DNA of 64,000 nucleotides from a virus (IMGVR_UViG_3300022752_003639:1-64000), one strand, 5' to 3'. Counted from the first letter of the stretch, positions 1-10,479 are shown. Translations and numbers: made by a program. Notes: a model not told the origin generated them from the sequence alone.

Positions 1-1
1 T

Positions 2-307
2 ATAGGACCATGGTATCATTTTACACCAGAAATACATGGAAACTTTCTAAAAATTAATTTAGTACAAAATTTAATTAACGATCAATATACAGGAAAACAA
101 AGTTCATTTAGTAGTAAAGTCAACATTAATAAACAAGTCTGGACAAATATATCACCTAAACCAAAACTTATAGGTTATGAAGGTAGAAATAATCCGCCTG
201 GATACATACCTCATTTTATGAAAGAGTTTCGCAATACGATTATGCGAAATACAACAGACTCTGATATATATTTCGATTTAGGTACCTTCTATGAGAGTTT
301 CAAATGA
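2..307 (+). CDS. Partial CDS (C-terminal end, runs off left edge), hypothetical
   Basis: Open frame IGPWYHF...KPKLIGYEG...YESFK-TGA; stop overlaps next start (ATGA). Confidence 0.7.
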   Translation: MGPWYHFTPEIHGNFLKINLVQNLINDQYTGKQSSFSSKVNINKQVWTNISPKPKLIGYEGRNNPPGYIPHFMKEFRNTIMRNTTDSDIYFDLGTFYESFK

Positions 308-849
308 AAACTGTAACATGGCGTACAGGCACAAACAAAGACCTAGATCAAATATTTGACGCCTATAGGATAGAACAATATGAGGATAAAAATCATAAGT
401 TATCTAAAAACTATAGCACAGAATTTTACAAGTTTTCCATTGCACTTACAATCGCATTCAATGACAATGATGAACCTGAAATATGTTCAAGCATAGCCAG
501 TAGAGATTGTTGGCCAAAAGGCGCTTATCGTATTTTAAGCAGATTATGGAAAACTAAAAATTATAGAATTACTCACAGCAAGTTTATAAGTGAAGCAATG
601 GTCGGAAACGCCAGTAGTCAAATTCAATGGCTAAAAAATAATACAGATTGTAAACTTTATTTTATAAGTCGAGAAACAGGTAACTGGATGCGCTGGACAG
701 CAGAACATTTTGATAGCCAGTATGGGTTAAAATTCATAATTGCACCTAATAAATACCTAACTTGCCCAAATGAATGTGATAATAGTTGCTGGCAACACAT
801 TATTTATAATGGCAATAAAAATATATTAAAAACATGGAAACAGCGATAA
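304..849 (+). CDS. Hypothetical protein, possible GNAT-like fold
   Basis: 181 aa ORF coupled to both neighbours; fold is a weak guess from helix/strand pattern. Confidence 0.45.
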   Translation: MKTVTWRTGTNKDLDQIFDAYRIEQYEDKNHKLSKNYSTEFYKFSIALTIAFNDNDEPEICSSIASRDCWPKGAYRILSRLWKTKNYRITHSKFISEAMVGNASSQIQWLKNNTDCKLYFISRETGNWMRWTAEHFDSQYGLKFIIAPNKYLTCPNECDNSCWQHIIYNGNKNILKTWKQR

Positions 850-1637
850 CTAAGCCTTTGTTACCTTTGAAAGATATACCAAAAACTGTTTGGTTATTAA
901 TCCCTATCAACCTATTAGGTTTGTATGCTCTCTATGTTATTCTTTTCAAGGATACACCTTCATGGTGGTGGATTGCTTCTTTAATAGGGTTTATCTTTCA
1001 AAAAGAGATTGGCATCAGTGCAGGTTATCATAGGCTTTTTAGTCATTATAGTTATTCAGTTTCTAGACCTATTAAGTTGTTTATTCTCTGGTGCGGGTTA
1101 ATTTCTGGACAGGGAAGTCCATATTGGTGGGCAGCACTACATAGAGGCTATCATCATAAACACAGTGATACTGATAAAGATCCTCATAGCCCTAAACATG
1201 GATTCTGGCACAGTTACATTTTATGGCTTTTTAAGATTAAAGAAAAAGATATCAGTACCAGATACATAATCGATCTAATTAGGGATAAAGATTTGGCTTT
1301 TTCTCACAAACATTACCTAGTTATCTTAACCTTAAGTCATCTAATTATCGCTTTGATAAACTTTAACTTATGGTTATTTTTTATGGTATTGCCTGCTTTT
1401 CTTACCTTACATTGCTATTCAATACAAACAAGTTTTCAACATTTAGGAAAGTTAGGTTATCAAACTTACGATACAAAGGATAACAGTTGCAATAATATAT
1501 TGTTATTTCCCATTGTATTTGGTGATGCATGGCATAATAATCATCATGCAGACCCAGGTAATCCAAACTTTGGTAAACGTTGGTGGGAAATTGACACTAC
1601 TTTTTGGATTATAAAATTATTACGTAGTCATCAATAA
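834..1637 (+). CDS. Membrane fatty acid desaturase 1 (Delta9/DesC-like)
   Basis: His boxes HRLFSH, HRGYHH, WHNNHH; DPHSP and WWEID motifs; hydrophobic segments. Confidence 0.92.
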   Translation: METAITKPLLPLKDIPKTVWLLIPINLLGLYALYVILFKDTPSWWWIASLIGFIFQKEIGISAGYHRLFSHYSYSVSRPIKLFILWCGLISGQGSPYWWAALHRGYHHKHSDTDKDPHSPKHGFWHSYILWLFKIKEKDISTRYIIDLIRDKDLAFSHKHYLVILTLSHLIIALINFNLWLFFMVLPAFLTLHCYSIQTSFQHLGKLGYQTYDTKDNSCNNILLFPIVFGDAWHNNHHADPGNPNFGKRWWEIDTTFWIIKLLRSHQ

Positions 1638-2510
1638 ATGGATTATCCTATAAACTTCATTAGAGAAATAGAACCAGAAGAGAGTACGTATACATATGTG
1701 TACATAGACCTTGTTCATAGTTGTAATATGGAATGTAATAACTGTTATCTACCAAATAGAGATTATCCCGATGCTGATTTTGAAAAACTTAAAAATTTTA
1801 TATCTAAGTTTAATCTACGAACAGAGTTTAGGTTAATAGGTGGTGAACCTACTTTATATTCCCATTTAGTTGCATTAATATCATTTATTAAAAGTAATCC
1901 ATTGAACCATAGGGTGACATTGGTTACAAACGGGTTAAAATTATCCAGCAAACGATATGTAAAGTCTTTATCAGATGCAGGACTTAATAGAATTTATCTG
2001 AGCATGAACGGATTTGACAATGACGATATATATCAAAAATTAGATAATATGAAGTGCGCAAAATTAAAAATGAAGGCTCTGGAAAACATTTTAGACAATC
2101 AAATCGGAATGTCAGTAGGATATATTATTGTTAAGAATGTAAATGAATATTTAATTGACAATATGATTCGATATTTTAAGAAAAATAGACAACGCATGAC
2201 TTTTGAATTTAGGAATATAGGAGAAGTGGGTAGAAATATGCTTTCGGTAGATCTAGTAGAAAATTATGAATATAACGAAATAATTGATCTACTATCTGAA
2301 AAATTTAACTTTAATAAAACTGCGGTACATATTGATGACGAATATAGTAGAGTATACAAGGTAGACAAATTTATCATTAGAGTAAATGATTGGGGAATGT
2401 TCAAAAGAGGAATAGCACATTCCGCAGATAAAATTAGAGGTAGAATGACTGAAAATTATAAGGTCGCTCCATTCTTATCTCATATTAAACAGAATGAATT
2501 TAAATATTAA
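1638..2510 (+). CDS. Radical SAM protein (MoaA-like core, no evident SPASM cysteines)
   Basis: CNMECNNC (CxxxCxxC), GGEPT, TNG motifs. Confidence 0.88.
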   Translation: MDYPINFIREIEPEESTYTYVYIDLVHSCNMECNNCYLPNRDYPDADFEKLKNFISKFNLRTEFRLIGGEPTLYSHLVALISFIKSNPLNHRVTLVTNGLKLSSKRYVKSLSDAGLNRIYLSMNGFDNDDIYQKLDNMKCAKLKMKALENILDNQIGMSVGYIIVKNVNEYLIDNMIRYFKKNRQRMTFEFRNIGEVGRNMLSVDLVENYEYNEIIDLLSEKFNFNKTAVHIDDEYSRVYKVDKFIIRVNDWGMFKRGIAHSADKIRGRMTENYKVAPFLSHIKQNEFKY

Positions 2511-2512
2511 AA

Positions 2513-3652
2513 GTGCTTAAAAATCTGGGTTATTATCAGGTCGGAGACAAAATTTTTTACGGTAAAACAGAAGCTATCTATCACTCTTATTTTTCAAAAG
2601 AGGAGATAAGCTGGCATTTTTATAATAATGTATGGAATAATTTTTCTAAAACTAAAATGCATACTTTAGAAAATATTAATTTGGAAACTATCTATAAAAA
2701 CCGCGCTATGCAACTGCGAGAAAAGTATGACTACATAATTCTAAACTATAGTGGAGGTGCAGACAGCCATAATGTCTTAATGACCTTTTTGAATAATAAT
2801 TTAAGACTAGATGAGATTTATGTTCAAAGAAGTGCGTCAGTTGATGAAAAGATTTATACACCTAATAAAGAAAACAAAAATGCTGAAAATATCTTAAGCG
2901 AATGGGATTATACAATTAAGCCTTCATTAGATTATGTAACTAAGTATTTTCCAAATATTAAAATAAACTTAGATGATATATTTGAAAAAAACTTAGATAA
3001 ACTTATACATGAAGATATGTTTTTACAATCTAGTAACTTTATAGGATTGTTCGAATTATTAAGACAGTCTTCTTATTCAAACACTATTGAAAAAAATTTA
3101 AATGCAGGTATAAAAACTTGTTCTATCTTTGGAATAGATAAACCTATAGTAATTATTAAAAATAATGAAGGATTTGTGCTATTCTCAGACCAAGAAATCT
3201 CTTCTGCATCGAGATGTATTAAAAAAGACCTTAAAAACTTTAGCTTGGTTGAATTATTTTACTGGACTCCTGATATGCCCGAGATAGCATTTAAACAGGC
3301 ACAAGTAGTATATGATTTCTTTTCAAAAAATGAAACTTATAAAAAAATGATGGATATTAAAAATATAGATCAAAAAAACTTACATTTAATATATGATGCC
3401 TATCGAAAAGCTGTTATTCCTTTAATATATTCAACTTGGAATAATGATACATTTCAAGTTAATAAACCTCAACCGTATAACCAAGTTGGAAGGTCACGGG
3501 ATAAGATATACATAAATAGTGCAGATTTTTCAAATGTGATCGAAAAATATAATAGTCATTTAACAGATTGGAAAACAGTTTTAGATGAAAAATACTTCTT
3601 CAAGGAGTTAAACAAATTTAAAACTTATTTTACACCTTGGTATAAATTATGA
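2513..3652 (+). CDS. PP-loop (adenine nucleotide alpha-hydrolase / asparagine-synthetase-like) protein
   Basis: GTG start; YSGGADS PP-loop motif; no QueC Zn-binding cysteine cluster. Confidence 0.7.
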   Translation: MLKNLGYYQVGDKIFYGKTEAIYHSYFSKEEISWHFYNNVWNNFSKTKMHTLENINLETIYKNRAMQLREKYDYIILNYSGGADSHNVLMTFLNNNLRLDEIYVQRSASVDEKIYTPNKENKNAENILSEWDYTIKPSLDYVTKYFPNIKINLDDIFEKNLDKLIHEDMFLQSSNFIGLFELLRQSSYSNTIEKNLNAGIKTCSIFGIDKPIVIIKNNEGFVLFSDQEISSASRCIKKDLKNFSLVELFYWTPDMPEIAFKQAQVVYDFFSKNETYKKMMDIKNIDQKNLHLIYDAYRKAVIPLIYSTWNNDTFQVNKPQPYNQVGRSRDKIYINSADFSNVIEKYNSHLTDWKTVLDEKYFFKELNKFKTYFTPWYKL

Positions 3653-4530
3653 AAATTATAATAACAACACTGTTACTTTTCTTTTCTACAAACATTTTTG
3701 CAAATGAACAGTTTAAAATATTAGTAGGATTTCCTCCTGGTGGAGGACAATACCTGATAGGGACTATTATACAAAAAGGATTCGGAGATGAAGGAATAAA
3801 TTCAATATTAGTCACAAAACCTGGAGCAGGAGGAGTAATTGCTTTAAATGAATGCATTAAAAATGCAGATCCTTTAACACTATGTTTGGTGTCTCAATCG
3901 CAACTTGTTTTTTCATCTAAATTGACTTCAAATGTTGTAAATTATGATTCTAAAAATTTAACCTATGTTAAATTAATCGGCAGTAGCCCTATGGTTTTAG
4001 TTACATACAAAGATAATTTTAAGAATATAGATGAAATTATTCATGAAATAAAATATAAGGAAATTAATTTAGGTGGTGGTGCTTTAGGAAATTCTTATGT
4101 TATAAATCAGTTTTTGATATTTTTAAAGGCTTTCAAGTCTAAAAATATAGAATATAATGGAGTTGGTCCTGCTCTAAAAGACCTTATAGGAAAACATATT
4201 TCATATGTAATAGCCCCATATACGGCTGTCAAGAGTCAAATTGATTCAAATTCTATAAGATTAGTTGCTAGCTTTTCTAATAAAATATATTTTCCTAATA
4301 TACCAGTTATTGATGAGTTCGTAGTAACAGATACAATTTTTGGATTTGTAGCGAATGAAAGTATAAATGAAAGTGCAATTCAAACGCAAAAACAAGCTTT
4401 ATCTAGGATTTTGAATTCTGATAAAGTAAAAACTGCATTGTTAGATCAAGGTATCTTTATATTGAAAGACGATAATGATGTCTATTTTAAAAGAGAAATA
4501 ATAAAACAAATCAAAAACATAGAAAATTAG
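3649..4530 (+). CDS. Bug/TctC-family periplasmic solute-binding protein
   Basis: Signal-like N-terminus; ILVGFPPGGG, KPGAGGVIA, YNGVGPALKDLIG motifs. Confidence 0.85.
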   Translation: MKIIITTLLLFFSTNIFANEQFKILVGFPPGGGQYLIGTIIQKGFGDEGINSILVTKPGAGGVIALNECIKNADPLTLCLVSQSQLVFSSKLTSNVVNYDSKNLTYVKLIGSSPMVLVTYKDNFKNIDEIIHEIKYKEINLGGGALGNSYVINQFLIFLKAFKSKNIEYNGVGPALKDLIGKHISYVIAPYTAVKSQIDSNSIRLVASFSNKIYFPNIPVIDEFVVTDTIFGFVANESINESAIQTQKQALSRILNSDKVKTALLDQGIFILKDDNDVYFKREIIKQIKNIEN

Positions 4531-4531
4531 A

Positions 4532-5152
4532 TTATAAATTTAACAATTTAAGCCTATATTTTTGTTTTAGAGCAAACAGACAAATAATTGTTTCTACTTC
4601 GAAAGTTTTCTTATGTTCGGGAAAATAAAATTTATGAAGAGGGGATCTACAAGTTTCTCCAACTGCATATACAGCTTCGTAAAAACAGTTATATTTGTTT
4701 TCTATAATACCTTCTTCATTAAATTTTTTCCAAATTTTATCTAGCGCCTGTTGATGTTTTAAAGGTCGTCTACTATAAAAACTATAATATCCGTTCTTTT
4801 CTCCATGATTCATTAGAATATACATGCACTTACCGTATATATTCATACTTAATTTATAATTACCTAAATCTTTTTTTTCGAAATTGGAAAAATGTCTATG
4901 TGCGTACCAATATTGTATATTGTCTGGAAAATATCCGTTAACAGAACATACTAACTTATTATTATAATACGCACCAACAATTATTCTTTGTTTTTCTTCG
5001 AAGTCATTAGTAAATTTTTCAATCATAAAATTAGAAAAGTCGATAGTTTTTCTTTGATTTAAAAACTTGTCACTACTATTAAACAACTCTATATATGCGT
5101 CTAAATCATCAATGTCTAAAATTTTAATTGAAAAATCATCTTTATCCATCAA
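4532..5152 (-). CDS. GNAT-like hypothetical protein
   Basis: IKILDIDDLDAY...IVGAYYNNKLVCSV resembles GNAT beta1-alpha1 and beta2-beta3 pattern. Confidence 0.5.
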   Translation of the reverse strand: MMDKDDFSIKILDIDDLDAYIELFNSSDKFLNQRKTIDFSNFMIEKFTNDFEEKQRIIVGAYYNNKLVCSVNGYFPDNIQYWYAHRHFSNFEKKDLGNYKLSMNIYGKCMYILMNHGEKNGYYSFYSRRPLKHQQALDKIWKKFNEEGIIENKYNCFYEAVYAVGETCRSPLHKFYFPEHKKTFEVETIICLFALKQKYRLKLLNL

Positions 5153-6365
5153 ATTTCTCCACTACAACAGCAGCACATTTACCACCGAAACCAAAACTGT
5201 TTTTTATGCCATATTTAAAATTTGGAAATTCCCTTTTATGATTATCAGATATTAATATATCGATTGGATTTTTTAAATTTGCAATTCTTCCTATTTTATT
5301 CATATTCATAGATTGAATAAGATATGCTAATTCAATTAATCCACAGGCAGACATAGTATGACCAATATTAGCCTTTAAAGCCATTAAAGCAGAATTAGGA
5401 AAATACTCCTTTATAATATTATATTCTGATGGATCACCGTTCGGCGTGCTTGTAGCATGACAACTTATTATAGATATCTGATCTCTTTGTAAATTAGCGT
5501 ATTTAAGTGCCATATCTATACTTTGTCTAGCTCCTATAGCTGCTGGGTCCATTCCGGTTTCGTGATATAATTCTGTTGCGAAACCAATAGATTTAATCAC
5601 GGCTAGAACATTATCTCCATCTTTTTCCGCTTTAGGCAATGACTTCAAAACCAATGAACAAGCACCTTCACCCATTACAAAACCCTTACGATCTTTATCA
5701 AACGGTGATGATATAGGCGGTTCTCTTAAATCCAAAGCTCCTATGGATTGAAACATAAAAATATCAATAGGATCTACCATTACATCACACGCACCTACAA
5801 GAATTTGATCATAAACTTCTGCCTGTAGTAATCTTACAGCATAATCTATCATGAGTATTCCAGTAGCACAGGCACTAGTCATACATAGATTTATACCTTT
5901 GAATCCAAACTTTTTACAAATTAAATAACCTAAATTGTCTCTCTGAGCTGCTAAAGCCTGTCTAGGGCTTAGCCTTTTATTGTCAATTAATTTAGAAACA
6001 TTCTCTAATATTAGTTTTTGAGGACCACCTAACGACCCAAATATAACACCAGTATTAGTTTTATTCATAATATTGGCATCAAGCACAGCCCTATTAGCTG
6101 AGTATAAACCAATTATAGAATATCTATCTAGATTTTTTTGTTCTGTATTATCTAAAAAGTCTAGTTTTATTTCAGCATCGTTAATTTGAAAAGCACCATT
6201 TATTTTGATAGCAGGGTAAGTTTTTTTATCAAAATTTTTAATTTCGGATATTGGAGATTGAGCCTGTAAGTACCTATTCCAATTAATATTAATATCTTCC
6301 CCTAAGGCATCGACTATACCTAATCCAATGATAGCAATTTCATCCATTTTTTTATAAAATGTCAT
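5142..6365 (-). CDS. fabF: Beta-ketoacyl-ACP synthase II-like
   Basis: Cys-His-His triad: TSACATG, HATSTPNGD, KANIGHT; C-terminal NSFGFGG. Confidence 0.92.
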   Translation of the reverse strand: MTFYKKMDEIAIIGLGIVDALGEDININWNRYLQAQSPISEIKNFDKKTYPAIKINGAFQINDAEIKLDFLDNTEQKNLDRYSIIGLYSANRAVLDANIMNKTNTGVIFGSLGGPQKLILENVSKLIDNKRLSPRQALAAQRDNLGYLICKKFGFKGINLCMTSACATGILMIDYAVRLLQAEVYDQILVGACDVMVDPIDIFMFQSIGALDLREPPISSPFDKDRKGFVMGEGACSLVLKSLPKAEKDGDNVLAVIKSIGFATELYHETGMDPAAIGARQSIDMALKYANLQRDQISIISCHATSTPNGDPSEYNIIKEYFPNSALMALKANIGHTMSACGLIELAYLIQSMNMNKIGRIANLKNPIDILISDNHKREFPNFKYGIKNSFGFGGKCAAVVVEKFDG

Positions 6366-6379
6366 TTAGTCTTGAAATA

Positions 6380-7195
6380 TTAAACTGTATAAGCTCTAGG
6401 ATCATTTCTATCAATTATAAAATATTTCTTAACTAACCAACCGGAAAAATCAAACTCCCCTTTTTTCATAGCCTGATTATATTCGCTTGGATAAGCATGA
6501 TGATTATTATGTAATCCTTCACCTAGAGTATACCAATGTATCCATTTATTATTTTGACTTTTGTCAGAAGTTTCAAAATTTCTATATGAAATACTTGTTG
6601 GTACATGGCTTAAAGTGGTGACAAACACACCGCTTCCGAATATATACCAACCCAAAGGAGCAAATAATATAAAAATAGGAATATGCCAATCTATTAGTCC
6701 TAACACTAATGAAAATATAATCAGACAAGCCCATATCTTAAAATAATTATGATGTACAAATTTAATTGTAGGGTCTCGTATTAAATCCTTAGGTAATATT
6801 CTTACCTGTTTAATTTTATTAAACCATTCAAAAGGTTTAATTTCCCATAATCCTAAGCTTTCTTTTATACTATTTTTTGGACTATGAATATCAAGATCTT
6901 CATCACTATATCTATGGTGATGTCTATGACTAGTAGCATATAATATAGGACTTCCTGCACCAATCAACACACTTGCCCAAGTTAAAAAAACATGTTTCTT
7001 TTTAGTGGTAACAAATGATCTATGAGCGAAATATCTATGCATAGCTATATGATTAGCAGGAATCACTACAATTTTACTAATCAAAAATGCTAAAATAGTC
7101 CACAACCATTCACCACTAAAGAATGGATATATTAAACTAAACCCCCAAGAAAGCAAACCTAATGCCCAAATGGTTCTTAATTTGTATATGTTCAT
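6380..7195 (-). CDS. Membrane fatty acid desaturase 2
   Basis: HRYFAH, HRHHH, LHNNHH boxes. Confidence 0.92.
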   Translation of the reverse strand: MNIYKLRTIWALGLLSWGFSLIYPFFSGEWLWTILAFLISKIVVIPANHIAMHRYFAHRSFVTTKKKHVFLTWASVLIGAGSPILYATSHRHHHRYSDEDLDIHSPKNSIKESLGLWEIKPFEWFNKIKQVRILPKDLIRDPTIKFVHHNYFKIWACLIIFSLVLGLIDWHIPIFILFAPLGWYIFGSGVFVTTLSHVPTSISYRNFETSDKSQNNKWIHWYTLGEGLHNNHHAYPSEYNQAMKKGEFDFSGWLVKKYFIIDRNDPRAYTV

Positions 7196-7827
7196 ACACC
7201 GTATTTGCTTATAATTATATTAAAAATGCTTTCGTCGAAGAACCCAATCGTAAATGCTCTTCTATCGTTATTAATATTATGTACACTATGTATCAAATCT
7301 GTACGCATAATATTCCATCGGTGGCTTGGAAAAATTGTAGAATTTACCTTACTTAATACATTTAGGTCAAAACAATGAGACCATGGATCCCTAATTAGTT
7401 CTTTACCATTTTCCTGCCACCAAATAGTTTCAACGTTTGTTCCACCGGAGGTTAGCAAAAAACTAATACAAAATGGACCACGGGTTTTTCCGTCTGTATG
7501 AGGATGTAACTGGCAGATATTATTGCCATTTGCTTTTATACTTTGAAAACCTATAGTTAAAGTTAATCCTTCTAATTCAGGAATTAAATTATTTATAAAT
7601 TGTGTATACCTATCAGTTAGCGGCCATCTAGAATAAATTGCATCATCTACTTCTGTATTATCAAGTTGCTTTATTTTTTGTTGAGATAGCTTTTGTTTGA
7701 GAGATCCTGTTTTAGAATCTTCGATGATATCGATTATATCTTTTGGCAATTCTGGTAAATCTAAAATAGAGAATGTTTTCATTTTTTTTGCAAACAATAC
7801 TTTATAAAAAGACCTGGTAAGTCCCAT
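7192..7827 (-). CDS. Fe(II)/2-oxoglutarate dioxygenase-like protein
   Basis: HTD...HSV..R metal/2OG motif pattern. Confidence 0.65.
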   Translation of the reverse strand: MGLTRSFYKVLFAKKMKTFSILDLPELPKDIIDIIEDSKTGSLKQKLSQQKIKQLDNTEVDDAIYSRWPLTDRYTQFINNLIPELEGLTLTIGFQSIKANGNNICQLHPHTDGKTRGPFCISFLLTSGGTNVETIWWQENGKELIRDPWSHCFDLNVLSKVNSTIFPSHRWNIMRTDLIHSVHNINNDRRAFTIGFFDESIFNIIISKYGV

Positions 7828-8543
7828 TCAAATTTTTTAACTGCATAGTAAGGACTTTGGCTATTGGCATGATGATTATTATGCAGTCCACTTCCAAGCA
7901 TTAAGATATTTACTAAAGTATTATTCTTACTATTATCGTTTGTATCAAAATTCCTGTATCCCCATTTATGGCATACAATGTCTATCAATAAACTACTAGT
8001 ATGAAAAGTCCATACCGCACTTAAACTAAACAAAAATATAGCCAACTTTAAATCAATTAAAGCGGTGATGCTATATACAATTATAACAAATTCTAAATAG
8101 TGTCTATGTAAGAAATTATGAAATGGATCCTTGGCCAGGTCTGAAATTATTTTAGGAGAAAATTTAACCATAGGCCAATTTACCAACCAAACATCATACC
8201 ATTTATTATAGAGTGGACTTTGAGGATCTTTTCTTGTATCTGAATATCTATGATGTATTCTATGTGTTCCTACCCATCCATAACTACTTCCTAGAAAATT
8301 TAATGATCCTAATAATATCAAAATTATTTCTTTCCATCTTTGAGTATTAAAACTTCTATGGGCACATAATCTATGATAACCTATTTCGCCTCCAATCTTT
8401 CCAAATAAGATCCAACCTAGTATAGTTAATAATAAATCTTTATAATTCCAATCTATATAAAATAATAAAATTATTATAAGGTGATGGAAAACAATTAGTA
8501 TCTTAAATTGTATATCCATATTTGGTTTATAAAATTTTAACAT
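7779..8543 (-). CDS. Membrane fatty acid desaturase 3
   Basis: HRLCAH, HRIHH, LHNNHH boxes. Confidence 0.92.
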   Translation of the reverse strand: MLKFYKPNMDIQFKILIVFHHLIIILLFYIDWNYKDLLLTILGWILFGKIGGEIGYHRLCAHRSFNTQRWKEIILILLGSLNFLGSSYGWVGTHRIHHRYSDTRKDPQSPLYNKWYDVWLVNWPMVKFSPKIISDLAKDPFHNFLHRHYLEFVIIVYSITALIDLKLAIFLFSLSAVWTFHTSSLLIDIVCHKWGYRNFDTNDNSKNNTLVNILMLGSGLHNNHHANSQSPYYAVKKFEWDLPGLFIKYCLQKK

Positions 8544-9319
8544 GGAATAATAGGACCTTGGTATGCCAGGATAGCTTTTTTTATTACCTTTTCTAAAGTA
8601 GAATTATCTCTTACGTCATTATAAATTAAAATATCAATTCGTTCTTTATCACTATAATTTTTATAAGCATGTTGATGATAACCGTTTAAGTACCAAATTT
8701 TACCGCATGTAAAATTAGCAACAAAATATTTCGAATTATTTTTATAATACGATAATTCTTCAAAAAAATATCTATCGCTATGGACCTCTTTAGAAACAAT
8801 ATGCGCTACATTTTTATCAGCAATAATTGGTATATGAATTATACACTGTTCGGGTTTATTATATTTTTTTATTAATTCGTCATTTTGATGACTATGCCAA
8901 CCTAGAGCGTGTCCTGGCCCAGATTTTACAATTTTGACCAATAAAGGTTTATCTGTTATACTAAGAACCAAATCCATTAATAATGGAAAATTTTTGGTTA
9001 CTTCTGTAGGATACCATCTTTGATCTTCAACGGGCCATTCGTAAAAATCTTCTAACTCGTTATTATCTTTATTTTTCCATCTAGCAAAGTGTTCCCTTAC
9101 AATAGAAGAATTTCCTGACTTATAAATTGTTGTAAGAGCACATTGTTTATACGATTTGTGAATTTCCTCAAGGAATGGTGTCAATTGAAAATATGGCGGA
9201 TGATAATTATGCCAAGTTCTATTTTTTAAAACTTCAGATTTTATACTATTAATATCAAATTGAATGCCTAATTCCATAAACGGAATAAATCTAAGATTGT
9301 TTATTGTTTTCAACTTCAT
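8537..9319 (-). CDS. Asp/Asn beta-hydroxylase-like (cupin) oxygenase
   Basis: WHSH...IHIPII...HQHAYKN...RIDIL pattern as in AspH-type enzymes. Confidence 0.6.
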   Translation of the reverse strand: MKLKTINNLRFIPFMELGIQFDINSIKSEVLKNRTWHNYHPPYFQLTPFLEEIHKSYKQCALTTIYKSGNSSIVREHFARWKNKDNNELEDFYEWPVEDQRWYPTEVTKNFPLLMDLVLSITDKPLLVKIVKSGPGHALGWHSHQNDELIKKYNKPEQCIIHIPIIADKNVAHIVSKEVHSDRYFFEELSYYKNNSKYFVANFTCGKIWYLNGYHQHAYKNYSDKERIDILIYNDVRDNSTLEKVIKKAILAYQGPIIPC

Positions 9320-10070
9320 TTTTTATTAAAAGGTATTTAATTACTAATCCAGGTAAATCAAATTCTCCTGGTTTATGATTAAAGTATGGATTACCTGGTT
9401 GGGCATGATGATTATTATGTAGACCACTACCTCCTGTAACAATATTAACTAACAGATTATTTCTACTTCGGTCTAGAATGTCATAATTCCTATATCCGTA
9501 TTTGTGACAAACTATATCTATCAGATAAGCACCAACATGAAATTGTATCACAGATGGAATAATAATCACAAAAATTAAAAACTTATAATTAATTAATGCC
9601 AACAAAACAATTGTTGTATAACTTAATATAAAATAATTTTTGTGAATAAAGAGATGCCATTTATCTTTAATCAAATCGGAAATGTTTTTTGGACTTACAA
9701 TAAAAGGTTTCCAAACGACTAACCAAACTTTCCAAAGTTTATTAAAATATGGACTGTGAGGATCCTTATCAGTATCTGCTGTTTTATGATGAATTCTGTG
9801 AACTCCACACCAAGATAAACTACTTCCTACAAAATTTAAACTACCTAAAATTAGTAGGATTCGTTCCTTGGTCTTTGTAGTTTTAAAACTACGGTGGGCA
9901 AATAATCTGTGAAATCCTATTTCACCTCCGATTTTTCCTATTAAAATATATGATAAAAATGTGAAAAGGAAATAATACCATTCAACATTAACGATAAAAA
10001 AACTTGAAATAAAAAGTATGTGGGTGGTTAATAGTAATGAACGAATTTTAGTAAGAGTATTAACGTGCAT
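9291..10070 (-). CDS. Membrane fatty acid desaturase 4
   Basis: HRLFAH, HRIHH, LHNNHH boxes; closely similar to desaturase 3. Confidence 0.92.
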   Translation of the reverse strand: MHVNTLTKIRSLLLTTHILFISSFFIVNVEWYYFLFTFLSYILIGKIGGEIGFHRLFAHRSFKTTKTKERILLILGSLNFVGSSLSWCGVHRIHHKTADTDKDPHSPYFNKLWKVWLVVWKPFIVSPKNISDLIKDKWHLFIHKNYFILSYTTIVLLALINYKFLIFVIIIPSVIQFHVGAYLIDIVCHKYGYRNYDILDRSRNNLLVNIVTGGSGLHNNHHAQPGNPYFNHKPGEFDLPGLVIKYLLIKNEVENNKQS

Positions 10071-10440
10071 AATTGTTTATGAAATCCTGTTCGGAAATTT
10101 CAACAATTTCGTAAGTAAAAGTAAATTTATTTGAATACCCCTGTTCATTATGAAAAATAGTATTTTCATTGTAAAGAACATCTAGTCTATTTTTACATTC
10201 TAATGCGGTTTCTTGAGTATCATATATTCGTTCTGAAATAAGAATATTTCCATTTAACCAACGTTTGAATCCTATTTGTCGACCATCATTTACATATTCT
10301 TTAACTATTTCTTGATAAAGAGGTACATTACCTGGTTTAAAAACGTATGGTGTTAAATTAAAAAGTGTAAGTTGAGCATCCTCACTTAAAAGGTTAGTAT
10401 CATGAATTATTGTAAATGTTTTATAAACCCAAAAGCTCAT
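10060..10440 (-). CDS. Hypothetical protein (first gene of leftward operon)
   Basis: 126 aa ORF with AAGGA SD upstream. Confidence 0.7.
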   Translation of the reverse strand: MSFWVYKTFTIIHDTNLLSEDAQLTLFNLTPYVFKPGNVPLYQEIVKEYVNDGRQIGFKRWLNGNILISERIYDTQETALECKNRLDVLYNENTIFHNEQGYSNKFTFTYEIVEISEQDFINNYAR

Positions 10441-10450
10441 ATTTTGTCCT

Positions 10451-10479
10451 TATAAATAAAATTTATTATATATTTATTG
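10451..10479. promoter_or_regulatory. Back-to-back T4-late-like promoter motifs in divergent intergenic gap
   Basis: TATAAATA at 10451-10458 (+) and ATAAATA on the minus strand within 10471-10479. Confidence 0.45.

Noticed and set aside
1638-2510. Radical SAM as QueE or MoaA
   Set aside because: No QueE-type features or context recognised, and no MoaA C-terminal cysteine cluster
2513-3652. PP-loop protein as QueC
   Set aside because: Has SGGxDS but lacks the QueC C-terminal Zn cysteines and is much longer
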